From the NCBI GenBank assembly GCA_001940855.1, contig MSGS01000009.1, forward strand, positions 64,441 to 128,440: DNA of 64,000 nucleotides, in the 5' to 3' direction. The notes under the pieces are model-generated. The model ran no database searches, was not told where the DNA came from, and was given only the letters and a program-made list of their open reading frames with translations. A program made the translations under genes and the position numbers. Source of the stretch: Christensenellaceae bacterium Phil1. Its GTDB lineage: Bacteria > Bacillota > Clostridia > Christensenellales > CAG-138. Numbering within the stretch: position 1 is the stretch's first letter; the number at the start of each line of letters is the position of its first letter. Shown piece after piece: positions 1 to 7,955 of the stretch.

Positions 1-1899
1 CTCGCCCTTGATGTTGGTTCTCGTGTAATCAATAATATCTTCCTGTCGAAGCAGTTTGCCGTTGGCATCGTAGACAGAAACGGTCTTATTGATAATTTTC
101 ACTCTGCATCCGTCTTTATCGACAATAGGAATTTCAACAGGGTCAACGGGAGGTTCTTTTCCTCCGTCACCATGAACGCCGCCTTTCGGCTTGTTTCCTC
201 CACCACCATGTTGGAAACCTTCGTCCTGTTCAATCGGGCCGTCCCAATCGGGGTCGGTAAAGAGCCTTGTCACGTTTCTAAAGTCCATAACGACAAAATG
301 CGTCTTGCCGTCCTTTTCTCTGATGCGGGTTCCACGACCGATGATCTGCTTAAAGGTGGTCATACTCTCAACTGTCTTATCCAAAACAATCAGCTTTGTC
401 ATCTTGCAGTCTGCTCCGGTGGAAAGCAGTTCGGATGTCGTAGCGATAACCGGATAAGGGCTGGACACAGAGATGAAATAGTCAAGTTTGGATTTGCCAT
501 AAACATCGGAGCCGGTGATTCTGACACAGTAGTCCGGATTTTCCTTGACCATATCAGCGTTATGGTTGATTAGGGCAATTCTCATGCGTTCGGCATGATC
601 TTCGGAAGCGCAGAACACAATGGTTTTCTGCATCCTGTCGGTGCTTTTCAGATATTCAGTGATCTCCCTTGCAACCTCGTCAATACGGTCTTGGAGAATG
701 ATGCTGTAGTCGTAGTCCCTGTTGTTGTAGATGCGGTCTTCAATCTCGTTGCCATAGATGTCGGTTTGACCTTTGTGCGGCCTCCAGCCGTCACCGATGT
801 TGGTCGTGATATTGATAACCTTGAAAGGAGCAAGAAATCCATCCTCGATACCCTGTTTCAAGCTATAAGTATAGACAGGATTTCCAAAATAATCGATATT
901 CGATACCTTTTCGCTTTCCTTTGGTGTCGCAGTCATGCCAATCTGTGTAGCAGAAGAAAAGTACTCCAGCACTTTTCGCCAGTTACTATCCTCCTTGGCA
1001 CTTCCACGATGACACTCGTCCACAATAATGAGGTCAAAGTATTCTGCGGGAATCTGTTTGAAGTGTTCTTCATCATTCTGCCCGACCATCTGATGATAGA
1101 GGGCAAAGTTTACTTCATGGGATGCGATCTTGCTCAAACACTCCTTGTCGGAAAAGTCCACTTTATAAATGGTCTTTTCAAGCGGTGCAAAATCCTGCAA
1201 AATACTCTGGTCAACAAGAATGTTCCTGTCAGCCAAATACAGAATTCTCTTTTTAAGGTCAGAGCGGAGCAGCCGATACACTATCTGGAATGCAGTATAC
1301 GTTTTGCCCGTTCCCGTTGCCATCACAAGCAACAATCTCTGCTGCCCTCTGGCGATTGCTTCCACGGTTCTGTTTACAGCGTTTCTTTGATAATAGCGTG
1401 GAGGATATGTGCTTTGAGACGAGTAGTACGGCTGGGAGACTATTTTCTTTTCCAAATCGGATACGCCCTTGCCGCCGTTCAGTTCAGCGTAATATCTTGC
1501 TACAAGCTCATCCTGTGTTGGAAATTGCTCTAAAGCAATCTGCCGTTCCTGCCCGGTAAAGAAGTCATGCTCATAGAAAGCATCTCCGTTTGAGGAATAT
1601 GCGAACGGGAGATCCATCATCTGTGCATATGTCATCGCCTGCTGCAAGCCGTGAGATACAGAATGATTATTATCCTTTGCTTCAACTACGGCAATTGGCT
1701 TCCCATCGTTGAGATAAAGCATATAGTCGGCAAATTTCGGCTTACTGCGAGCCACAATATTGCCGCTGATGTTGATTCTGCCATCAGTAATCTTGGTCTC
1801 CATTGTTATGTGACCTTTCCAACCATTCAGAATGACCGGAGTGATATAATTCAATTTGATGTCTTCTTCAGACATCTGTTTCTTGCCCAATATGGTCAT
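1..1899 (-). CDS. hsdR: Type I restriction enzyme R subunit (HsdR), first ~633 codons; the C-terminus lies beyond the window start
   Basis: Absent from the ORF track because it runs off the window. My reverse-complement translation starts at ATG (cat at 1897-1899, AGGAGG 7 nt upstream) and reads MTILGKKQMSEEDIKLNYITPVILNGWKG... It then shows QQRLLLVMATGTGKTYTAFQ (Walker A), DLIIVDECHRGS (DEAH-like box), QIGMTATP and QIIGRGTRI, with no stop down to nt 1. The + strand ORFs here are antisense shadows. Confidence 0.85.
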   Translation of the reverse strand, partial: MTILGKKQMSEEDIKLNYITPVILNGWKGHITMETKITDGRINISGNIVARSKPKFADYMLYLNDGKPIAVVEAKDNNHSVSHGLQQAMTYAQMMDLPFAYSSNGDAFYEHDFFTGQERQIALEQFPTQDELVARYYAELNGGKGVSDLEKKIVSQPYYSSQSTYPPRYYQRNAVNRTVEAIARGQQRLLLVMATGTGKTYTAFQIVYRLLRSDLKKRILYLADRNILVDQSILQDFAPLEKTIYKVDFSDKECLSKIASHEVNFALYHQMVGQNDEEHFKQIPAEYFDLIIVDECHRGSAKEDSNWRKVLEYFSSATQIGMTATPKESEKVSNIDYFGNPVYTYSLKQGIEDGFLAPFKVINITTNIGDGWRPHKGQTDIYGNEIEDRIYNNRDYDYSIILQDRIDEVAREITEYLKSTDRMQKTIVFCASEDHAERMRIALINHNADMVKENPDYCVRITGSDVYGKSKLDYFISVSSPYPVIATTSELLSTGADCKMTKLIVLDKTVESMTTFKQIIGRGTRIREKDGKTHFVVMDFRNVTRLFTDPDWDGPIEQDEGFQHGGGGNKPKGGVHGDGGKEPPVDPVEIPIVDKDGCRVKIINKTVSVYDANGKLLRQEDIIDYTRTNIKGE

Positions 1900-1933
1900 A
1901 TCAAAACCTCCTAATCAAATTCTTTAGTGTTGG

Positions 1934-2137
1934 TTAGTCACGAACCGTTTCGAGAATATCTTCAATCCGACAATCCATTGCCTCGCAAATACGAAGCAGA
2001 ACATCTGTGGTAATGTTGTCTCCCTTGCCAAGCTTTGCAAGGGACGCAGAACTGATGCCGGCTTTTTCTTTCAAATCACTCTTTTTCATATTTTTATCAA
2101 TAAGCATCTTCCAGAGCTTGTTATAGCTGATGCGCAT
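1934..2137 (-). CDS. XRE-family helix-turn-helix transcriptional regulator (67 aa)
   Basis: From the ORF track. SDLKEKAGISSASLAKLGKGDNITTDVLLRICEAMDC is a typical Cro/C1-type HTH. It lies 35 nt upstream of hsdR on the same strand. Confidence 0.8.
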   Translation of the reverse strand: MRISYNKLWKMLIDKNMKKSDLKEKAGISSASLAKLGKGDNITTDVLLRICEAMDCRIEDILETVRD

Positions 2138-2572
2138 ATTGAGAAGTCCCCCTTATCAAAATACATAGTCACATTATAGCACACATTTGTGAAGATTGCC
2201 ACCAGATTCGCAAATTGAAAATCTGTAAACGCAAATGAATTTTTGCATTTACAAATCAGATGTTTATATGCCATGTGCAATGCGTGTTCTACGCCTGCAA
2301 CATATTTTGGATATTGAAGATATACCGGCGTGGCGGTGCTTCTATGTGTTGTTGCGGTCAAAACATTCCGATTATTGGTAAGCCCTGTTCTCATGCAAGC
2401 TCCTTTCTGCGTCCCTGTTACGCAATAGGAGTGTTTTTCGGCTGTTTTCTCCGGCTCATGACTTGGGGAAAACGGAGATTTTCAAACAGGAGCACGCCGG
2501 ACAACGCCCGGGTTCGTCCGACGCGCTCCTGTTGGCTATTTTCGTATTTTTACGGCTCTACACCGTAGTTGC

Positions 2573-3808
2573 TCACAGCTCCATGTCGCGCTTCTTGCGG
2601 CGCGGCATATCACGGTTTCCGGACTGTTCAGGTTTCTCCGGCTCGGTGTGGAGCATGAATTGTATGAACTCCTTGACCTTGCGGGGCGCTCGTTTGAGTG
2701 CCGCCATGAAGTCCTTTGTCTGCTCTTGCAGCTTTTCATATTTGCGTTTCCATACGCTGACATCGCGCTTGAGCGTTTCCACTTTATTCTTCAAATCTCC
2801 GATCAGCCCGCGAGAAGCGACTCCCTCCTTGGCAAGCTCCTTGAGAAACTGCGCGTCCTGCGGCGTCATGGAGATATTGCCGGAGATGGTCTTTTTCCCA
2901 ATGCTGTCGATTTCGTGGAAGGAAGCTGCCGCGCCCTTTTGCTCCCTAATCTTCTCGTTGTACTTTTCCAGCGTCTGCTTCCTCCTGTCAATCGTATCCT
3001 CAATCGATTCCAACCGCGCCTGCTCCTGCTGCACTTTGAACTGCGTCACGGTCAGGTGTTCCTCCGAGCTGCCGCGTTCGCCGCGCTCCACATCGTCATA
3101 CCCTGCCTTTCGCATGGCGGCGAAGAAATCATCTTGCAGAATGGAATAGGATTTTCGGAGCACAGTTTTCCCGTTTGCGTTCAGCAGCGGCTTCCCATGC
3201 TCGTCCAGTGCGGGCTTGGAATCCCACTTTTTGCTCATACTGACCTGCTGAATCGTCTCCTTAACTGTCCCTACCAGAGATTTATCCTTGCAGCGTTTCG
3301 TCCATAGAATCTGTTTTTCCACGACGGGGATATAGACCACATGAAGGTGATAGTGGTACACGTCCTGCCCCAGCGCGTCGGACATGGCGCGGTTGCGCTC
3401 GTCGGCGTGCATAACCGCCGAAAGGATATACTGCTCGCCGCCGACGATTTCTATTGCGGATTTGTAAGCATCGGTGTAAAATTGTTTTGCGAAGTCATAG
3501 CCGCCATGATTGTGAAAATAGGCGGTGTTTACGTCAAAGACCAGCTCGCCGTATAGAAAAGCGTCCTCTTTCAGTCCACGGGTGGAGATCACGCCGTCCT
3601 CTTTCAGCTTTTGGAACATCTCGGCATAACTTCCCGTCGGTTCCTTGAAATGGACGTTGAGCCGCGTTCTTTCCGGGACAATATCCTGATTGACATAGGA
3701 TCCCTTTTCCCGTTCGTTGTGTTGCTGCGCGTTGCCGATTCTGGCAGCGGTCAGCCTCATATTTCTTGCGTTGGTACGATGGATACCGTCGCCTCTTGCC
3801 ATGGGCAT
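2573..3808 (-). CDS. MobV-family relaxase (plasmid recombination enzyme / Mob_Pre type)
   Basis: From the ORF track. The N-terminus MPMARGDGIHRTNARNMRLTAARIGNAQQHNERE, plus AVMHADERN and HYHLHVVYIPV (HxDE and HxH motifs), is typical of MobV relaxases. The C-terminal half looks coiled-coil. Confidence 0.85.
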   Translation of the reverse strand: MPMARGDGIHRTNARNMRLTAARIGNAQQHNEREKGSYVNQDIVPERTRLNVHFKEPTGSYAEMFQKLKEDGVISTRGLKEDAFLYGELVFDVNTAYFHNHGGYDFAKQFYTDAYKSAIEIVGGEQYILSAVMHADERNRAMSDALGQDVYHYHLHVVYIPVVEKQILWTKRCKDKSLVGTVKETIQQVSMSKKWDSKPALDEHGKPLLNANGKTVLRKSYSILQDDFFAAMRKAGYDDVERGERGSSEEHLTVTQFKVQQEQARLESIEDTIDRRKQTLEKYNEKIREQKGAAASFHEIDSIGKKTISGNISMTPQDAQFLKELAKEGVASRGLIGDLKNKVETLKRDVSVWKRKYEKLQEQTKDFMAALKRAPRKVKEFIQFMLHTEPEKPEQSGNRDMPRRKKRDMEL

Positions 3809-3869
3809 TTACCTCCTGATTTCAGATTTCGCAGGACAAGGTGGCTTTCGGGGGAGCACTTCTGCGGAA

Positions 3870-3920
3870 GTGTAATAACCCACTATGATACTTTCATCCT
3901 GCGGCTGCAAAGTATCGTGG
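3870..3920 (-). other. Candidate oriT for the MobV relaxase
   Basis: Inverted repeat GATACTTT (3887-3894) / AAAGTATC (3909-3916). On the minus strand the sequence reads GAAAGTATCATAGTGGGTTATTACAC. This resembles the pMV158-type oriT core (AAAGTATAGTGTG/TTATAC, recalled from memory). It lies about 65-110 nt upstream of the relaxase start. Confidence 0.4.
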
Positions 3921-4196
3921 GCTCTCCGAGGGGGAACGGGGAATGCGGCTTCTCTGGAAGCCTCTGCCGTGGCTTGCAAGTAGTACCCACTTTGCAAAAT
4001 CCACGGCGTGACCGCCAGCCTTTCAGCAATCGAATTTGCTTCAACGTTGCCGCCCACAGGCAGAGAGAATTTTGAAAATCCTCTCCGCCATCCATCTCAA
4101 AATCTGCGGGTTTTTCGATGGGGACGGGGATGCGAGGGGCTGTGTCAGCCAATGCTTTGCCTTGTCCTCCAGCAACAGGAGCGTGGCACGCTCCTG

Positions 4197-4451
4197 TCAC
4201 AGCTCCCATGGAGGAGTAGTCCAGCGATAGCTTCGCGGCACTCCACGCCGGTCAAGATACTCCTGCCGCGCCTGCTCCCGTTCTTCTTCGTTGGGAGCGG
4301 TTTTGTACCGGGAATAGAGCTGCCGGTTCAGCATGGCGTCGAGCTTCTTCTCCAAGCCCTGCCGGATTTCTTCTTCAAAATCATCCTCGCCCCGCAGATG
4401 ATACATGGCGAGGTCGATGAACAGATCATAGGGGATTTGTACGCTTTTCAT
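4197..4451 (-). CDS. Hypothetical small protein of the mobile element (84 aa if started at MKSVQIPYDLF; the ORF track start is 4520)
   Basis: From the ORF track, with the internal ATG at 4451 preceded by AGGAAA. The product is charged and helical-looking, with no recognised family. Confidence 0.45.
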   Translation of the reverse strand: MKSVQIPYDLFIDLAMYHLRGEDDFEEEIRQGLEKKLDAMLNRQLYSRYKTAPNEEEREQARQEYLDRRGVPRSYRWTTPPWEL

Positions 4452-4471
4452 TTTCCTATCCTTTCCTATCC

Positions 4472-4545
4472 GCGACGGTCGCAACGATTGCGACGGTTGC
4501 TTTGATGGCATCATTTCCACCGTCGCGACCGTCGCAGCCGTCGCG
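4472..4545. repeat. Inverted octamer array: GCGACGGT x2, then ACCGTCGC x2 plus GCCGTCGC x1
   Basis: GCGACGGT occurs at 4472 and 4490. ACCGTCGC occurs at 4519 and 4528, and GCCGTCGC at 4538. The two groups flank a 21-bp spacer. The array lies between the RepA-like gene stop (4552) and the next gene. Confidence 0.6.
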
Positions 4546-4551
4546 CTGTCC

Positions 4552-5565
4552 TCAGTCGATTACTTCGTACTCAACATTGTCAATTATCATATAGGTGAGC
4601 TTCACCTGCCGCCCGGAGTGTTTGGCCCTGTTCTCATACCTCACATGGTACTCGTCCAGCAGCCTGCCGGATTTAACGTTCAGGTATTTGGTGAGGGCAT
4701 TTGCCGCCATGCCCGTATTCACCGCTTCCGCAAGCTCGGTCGGACTGCCTGCCCATTCTCTGCTTTCGGAGGAAACAAGCTGGGAAACCGTATCCAATAC
4801 CGGGTCGGGCGGCTCCTGATACGGCTCGTTCTCTGTCCGTTCAAGGCTCCATATCTGCGTGTCGGCATCTTTTTTCAGATATAGAATCTGATCCTGTTGA
4901 TCTCGCCCCACCGCATCGACCGTGGCCTCCAATGCTGTCCGTTTCTTCTTCTGCATCAGGAGTGCTCCGTCTGCACAACCGAGAAGTCCTGTTGTGCCGG
5001 AGATCGTTTCAAAGCTGTCTCCGGCTGGCTGTTTTCTTGTGTGATGAACGGTAACGATGCAAATGCTGTGTCTGTCCGCAAAACGCTTGAGCTTTCCGAT
5101 GATCTCATAGTCGCTGGCGTAGCTGTAAGCCTCGCCGCCAGCTTCTCTGATCTTCTGCATGGTGTCAATGATAACCAGCTTCGTGTCGGAGTGTTCCTTT
5201 ATGAAATTCTCAAGCTGCTCGTCAAGACCGTTTCCGATTTTGTTTGCTGCCGTTGCAAAATGCAGGCTGGCGGTATCCGCCACGCCGTACATCATAAACA
5301 TCCGGCTCTGGATTCTCTGGAAATCATCCTCCAGCGCAAGGTACAGAACCGTACCCTGGTGGACTTCATAGCCCCACAGCCTTTGCCCTGTGCTGACATG
5401 GTAGGCAAGCTGCGCTACCAGAAATGATTTTCCGATTTTGGGCGCTCCTGCGAGGATATATGCCCCGGAGTAGAGCAGACCGTCTATGACGGGCGGTCTG
5501 CTCTTGTATGCGGTCTGATACAGCTCTGCCATGGAAACGGTATGAAGATAACGCGGATCGTTCAT
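4552..5565 (-). CDS. RepA-like / AAA_25-type RecA-fold ATPase (putative replicative or primase-associated helicase of the element)
   Basis: From the ORF track. Walker A is ILAGAPKIGKSFL and Walker B is KLVIIDTM, followed by IVTVHHTRK. This is the typical layout of AAA_25 proteins on IMEs and satellites. Confidence 0.75.
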   Translation of the reverse strand: MNDPRYLHTVSMAELYQTAYKSRPPVIDGLLYSGAYILAGAPKIGKSFLVAQLAYHVSTGQRLWGYEVHQGTVLYLALEDDFQRIQSRMFMMYGVADTASLHFATAANKIGNGLDEQLENFIKEHSDTKLVIIDTMQKIREAGGEAYSYASDYEIIGKLKRFADRHSICIVTVHHTRKQPAGDSFETISGTTGLLGCADGALLMQKKKRTALEATVDAVGRDQQDQILYLKKDADTQIWSLERTENEPYQEPPDPVLDTVSQLVSSESREWAGSPTELAEAVNTGMAANALTKYLNVKSGRLLDEYHVRYENRAKHSGRQVKLTYMIIDNVEYEVID

Positions 5566-5577
5566 ACGCCGGATTTT

Positions 5578-5724
5578 CTAACGCATTTCCTCAATATTTT
5601 CCTCCAGGGGATTGCTTTCGCAGGTTTCATGTGGTATGCTCTGGTTAGTTGAATCGTGAAGCGGCTGCCCTCCATCTGCGCCAACAGATGGGATGAGGGC
5701 GGTCGTTTTCTCATTTCCCGTCAT
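5578..5724 (-). CDS. Small hypothetical protein (48 aa, MTGNEKTTALIPS...)
   Basis: An internal ATG of ORF 5578..5796 is preceded by GGAGGTG. It overlaps the end of the upstream HTH gene, suggesting translational coupling. It has no family match. Confidence 0.3.
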   Translation of the reverse strand: MTGNEKTTALIPSVGADGGQPLHDSTNQSIPHETCESNPLEENIEEMR

Positions 5725-5917
5725 TTCGCTCACCTCCGGGAATCTGGAAGCCGTAGAACTTCTGCTTGAAATACTGGGCAGGGCATTTTCCGGCAACGGT
5801 CAGATAGCCTTGGGCTTTCAGTTCTCTGTTCATTTCCCGGACGATCTGATACGCCTTGCTGCGGCTGATGCCCATGATCTCCGCCACCTCTGACGCTGTG
5901 ATAAACTGTGCTCTCAT
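5711..5917 (-). CDS. Excisionase-like / MerR-type HTH DNA-binding protein
   Basis: The start at MRAQFITASEVAEIMGISRSKAYQIVREMN is preceded by AGGAGG, whereas the ORF track start is 5968. The HTH_17-like signature is common next to IME replication and mobilisation genes. Confidence 0.65.
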   Translation of the reverse strand: MRAQFITASEVAEIMGISRSKAYQIVREMNRELKAQGYLTVAGKCPAQYFKQKFYGFQIPGGERNDGK

Positions 5918-6118
5918 AGTACCTCCTGTTTCAAAGTATTTTTCTCGGGTTACGTATCTTCCATTCATTCTCGCTCTGCCAGTTCTGTTGAAAAGCGTAT
6001 CCTAAGTACATATTTATTATACGCATACAAGATGCATCTGTCGAGCCTTTGCGAAATAAAAATATGTACTTACAATTCGCTTTATCCTGTGGTACGATAT
6101 GTACGAGGTGAATCAGAT

Positions 6119-6724
6119 ATGGACAATTTCGATTATCCCACCATCGGGCAGAGAATCAAGCAACTCCGAAAACGGAAGGGGCTGAACCAGACCGAGCTGG
6201 CACAAATGCTTAAAAAATCCCTCCGCACCGTACAGAAGTACGAAACCGGAGAGATTGAAGTGTCGATTGCCGTTGTCAATCAGATCGCAGACCTGCTGGA
6301 CACGACCTCAACCTATATTCTTGGGTATGAATCCAGCACGACGCAGATCAGGACGCTTGCCGACGTGATGGACTTCCTCTTTAAGCTGGAAACGGTAGAG
6401 GGCATCGACTTCAAGATCAATGTACAGAAGCCGCCCCGCAGCAAGCAATGGGAGTGCTCGGTTTCCTTTGATGGAAAGAGCACGGCGGAGTTCAATGCGG
6501 ATATGTGCCTCTTTCTTGAACAGTGGGAGGACGAGCGTAGCGAGCTTCGCGCCTATAACTCCACGCAGGCAGCATATAAGCGCTGGAAGGAGCAGACTTT
6601 GGCATATTACGCCGCGAACGCAGTCAAATGCACAGAGCCGGAGGAGCTTGACCGCGATGAGCGAATCGCAAAGCGGACGGAGTTTCTGGAAAAGGAATAC
6701 GGTAAAAGCGAGAGTAACGAGTGA
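6119..6724 (+). CDS. XRE-family HTH regulator with a C-terminal extension
   Basis: The start at MDNFDYPTIGQRIKQLRKRKGLNQTELAQMLKKSLRTVQKYETGE (ATG 6119, GAGGTG upstream) is a classic Cro/C1 HTH. It is divergent from the excisionase-like gene. Confidence 0.75.
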   Translation: MDNFDYPTIGQRIKQLRKRKGLNQTELAQMLKKSLRTVQKYETGEIEVSIAVVNQIADLLDTTSTYILGYESSTTQIRTLADVMDFLFKLETVEGIDFKINVQKPPRSKQWECSVSFDGKSTAEFNADMCLFLEQWEDERSELRAYNSTQAAYKRWKEQTLAYYAANAVKCTEPEELDRDERIAKRTEFLEKEYGKSESNE

Positions 6725-6766
6725 ATAACCTGATCAAAGCCTGATTCTTGAGGGAAGGAGGTAAAA

Positions 6767-7840
6767 ATGTCAGTAACAAAAGACGGCGACACCGGTCGCT
6801 GGATGTCCCAGATCCGGGTAACGGACTGGACAGGCAAGACCATCCACAAAAAGAAGCGTGGCTTTGCCACCAAGAAGGAAGCCCTGCAATGGGAACGTGA
6901 CTTTATCAGTCAATCTACGGGCAGCCTCGGCATGACCTTCGGTGACTTCATCTCTCTGTATGTCAAGGATATGGAGCACCGCCTCAAGCCCTCAACCGTT
7001 GCCAGCAAGAAATGGCTGATCGACCTGAAGGTAACGCCTTTCTTCAAGAAAATCCCGCTGAACGAGATCAAGCCCACTCACGTGCGCCAATGGCAGAACT
7101 CCCTGACCAGCTACCGGGATGAAAACGGCAAGCCTTACGCCCAGACCTATCTCAAGTGCATCAACAACCAGCTCACGGCGATTTTCAACTACGCAGTCAA
7201 GTATTATGGACCGGAAGAGAACCCATGCCATAAAGCGGGAAGTATGGGTAAGAAACACGCCGATGAGATGCTGTTCTGGACAAGGCAGGAGTTTCAGACA
7301 TTCATTGAGGTCATGAAAGACCGGCCTGCCAGCTACGCGGTATTTATGACCTTGTACTTCACCGGGATCCGTGAGGGAGAGCTATTGGCACTTACGCCGT
7401 CGGACATCGGCTTTGAAAAGAAAACCCTGACGGTAAACAAGAGCTATCAGCGCCTCGGCAAAGAGGATATTATCACCACTCCGAAAACACCGAAAAGCAT
7501 CCGTACTATCCCTATTCCCGACGACCTTTGCAACTGTTTGCAGGAGTATATGTCCCATTGCTACGGGCTGCAAAAGGACGACAGGCTCTTTCCCTACACC
7601 AAGAGCTTTCTATACCACGAAATGGAGTATGGCTGCAAGGCTTCGGGCGTGAAGCGGATACGGGTGCATGACATTCGACACAGCCACGCCAGCCTGTTGG
7701 TGGAGATGGGCTTCTCTCCGCTGCTGATCGCGGAGCGGCTCGGACATGAAAAGGTACAGACAACGATGGACACGTACAGTCACCTGTACCCCAACAAGCA
7801 GGTGGAGGTAGCCAGACAGCTTGACGGCATTATGCCGTGA
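6767..7840 (+). CDS. int: Tyrosine site-specific integrase
   Basis: From the ORF track. It has an N-terminal arm-binding-like domain (RGFATKKEALQWE). The C-terminal catalytic signature is HDIRHSHASLLVEMG...LGHEKVQTTMDTYSHLY (R..HxxR..Y). Confidence 0.9.
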   Translation: MSVTKDGDTGRWMSQIRVTDWTGKTIHKKKRGFATKKEALQWERDFISQSTGSLGMTFGDFISLYVKDMEHRLKPSTVASKKWLIDLKVTPFFKKIPLNEIKPTHVRQWQNSLTSYRDENGKPYAQTYLKCINNQLTAIFNYAVKYYGPEENPCHKAGSMGKKHADEMLFWTRQEFQTFIEVMKDRPASYAVFMTLYFTGIREGELLALTPSDIGFEKKTLTVNKSYQRLGKEDIITTPKTPKSIRTIPIPDDLCNCLQEYMSHCYGLQKDDRLFPYTKSFLYHEMEYGCKASGVKRIRVHDIRHSHASLLVEMGFSPLLIAERLGHEKVQTTMDTYSHLYPNKQVEVARQLDGIMP

Positions 7841-7899
7841 GCCTCTGGCTACAAAAATCGCTGCAAATGTAGCCAATTTGTAGCCGCTAAAAAAGAAAA

Positions 7900-7937
7900 A
7901 TCCTGAAAAACGCTGTATTACCAACGCTTTTCAGGAT
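7900..7937 (-). terminator. Rho-independent terminator of guaA
   Basis: On the minus strand the sequence reads AATCCTGAAAAGCG-loop-CGTTTTTCAGGATT followed by TTTCTTTTTT. Confidence 0.7.
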
Positions 7938-7955
7938 TCAGAAAACACTAAATAT

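Larger units (their letters stand above)
1..7899. mobile_element. Integrative mobilizable element (right-hand part) inserted just downstream of guaA; the left end is outside the window
   Basis: An integrase, excisionase-like HTH, RepA-like ATPase, MobV relaxase and oriT candidate are contiguous, with hsdR as cargo. The composition differs from the adjacent guaA-clpB region. Confidence 0.7.

Noticed and set aside
172-1914. Plus-strand ORFs 172..573, 595..1533, 1169..1390, 1290..1559 and 1651..1914
   Set aside because: They lie antisense to a continuous minus-strand reading frame with clear HsdR helicase motifs and a good SD. Their own products are low-complexity with no motifs. I treat them as shadow ORFs.
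2463-3307. Plus-strand ORFs 2463..3149 and 2648..3307
   Set aside because: They are antisense to the MobV relaxase gene, which has diagnostic motifs. They have no SD and no recognisable domains.
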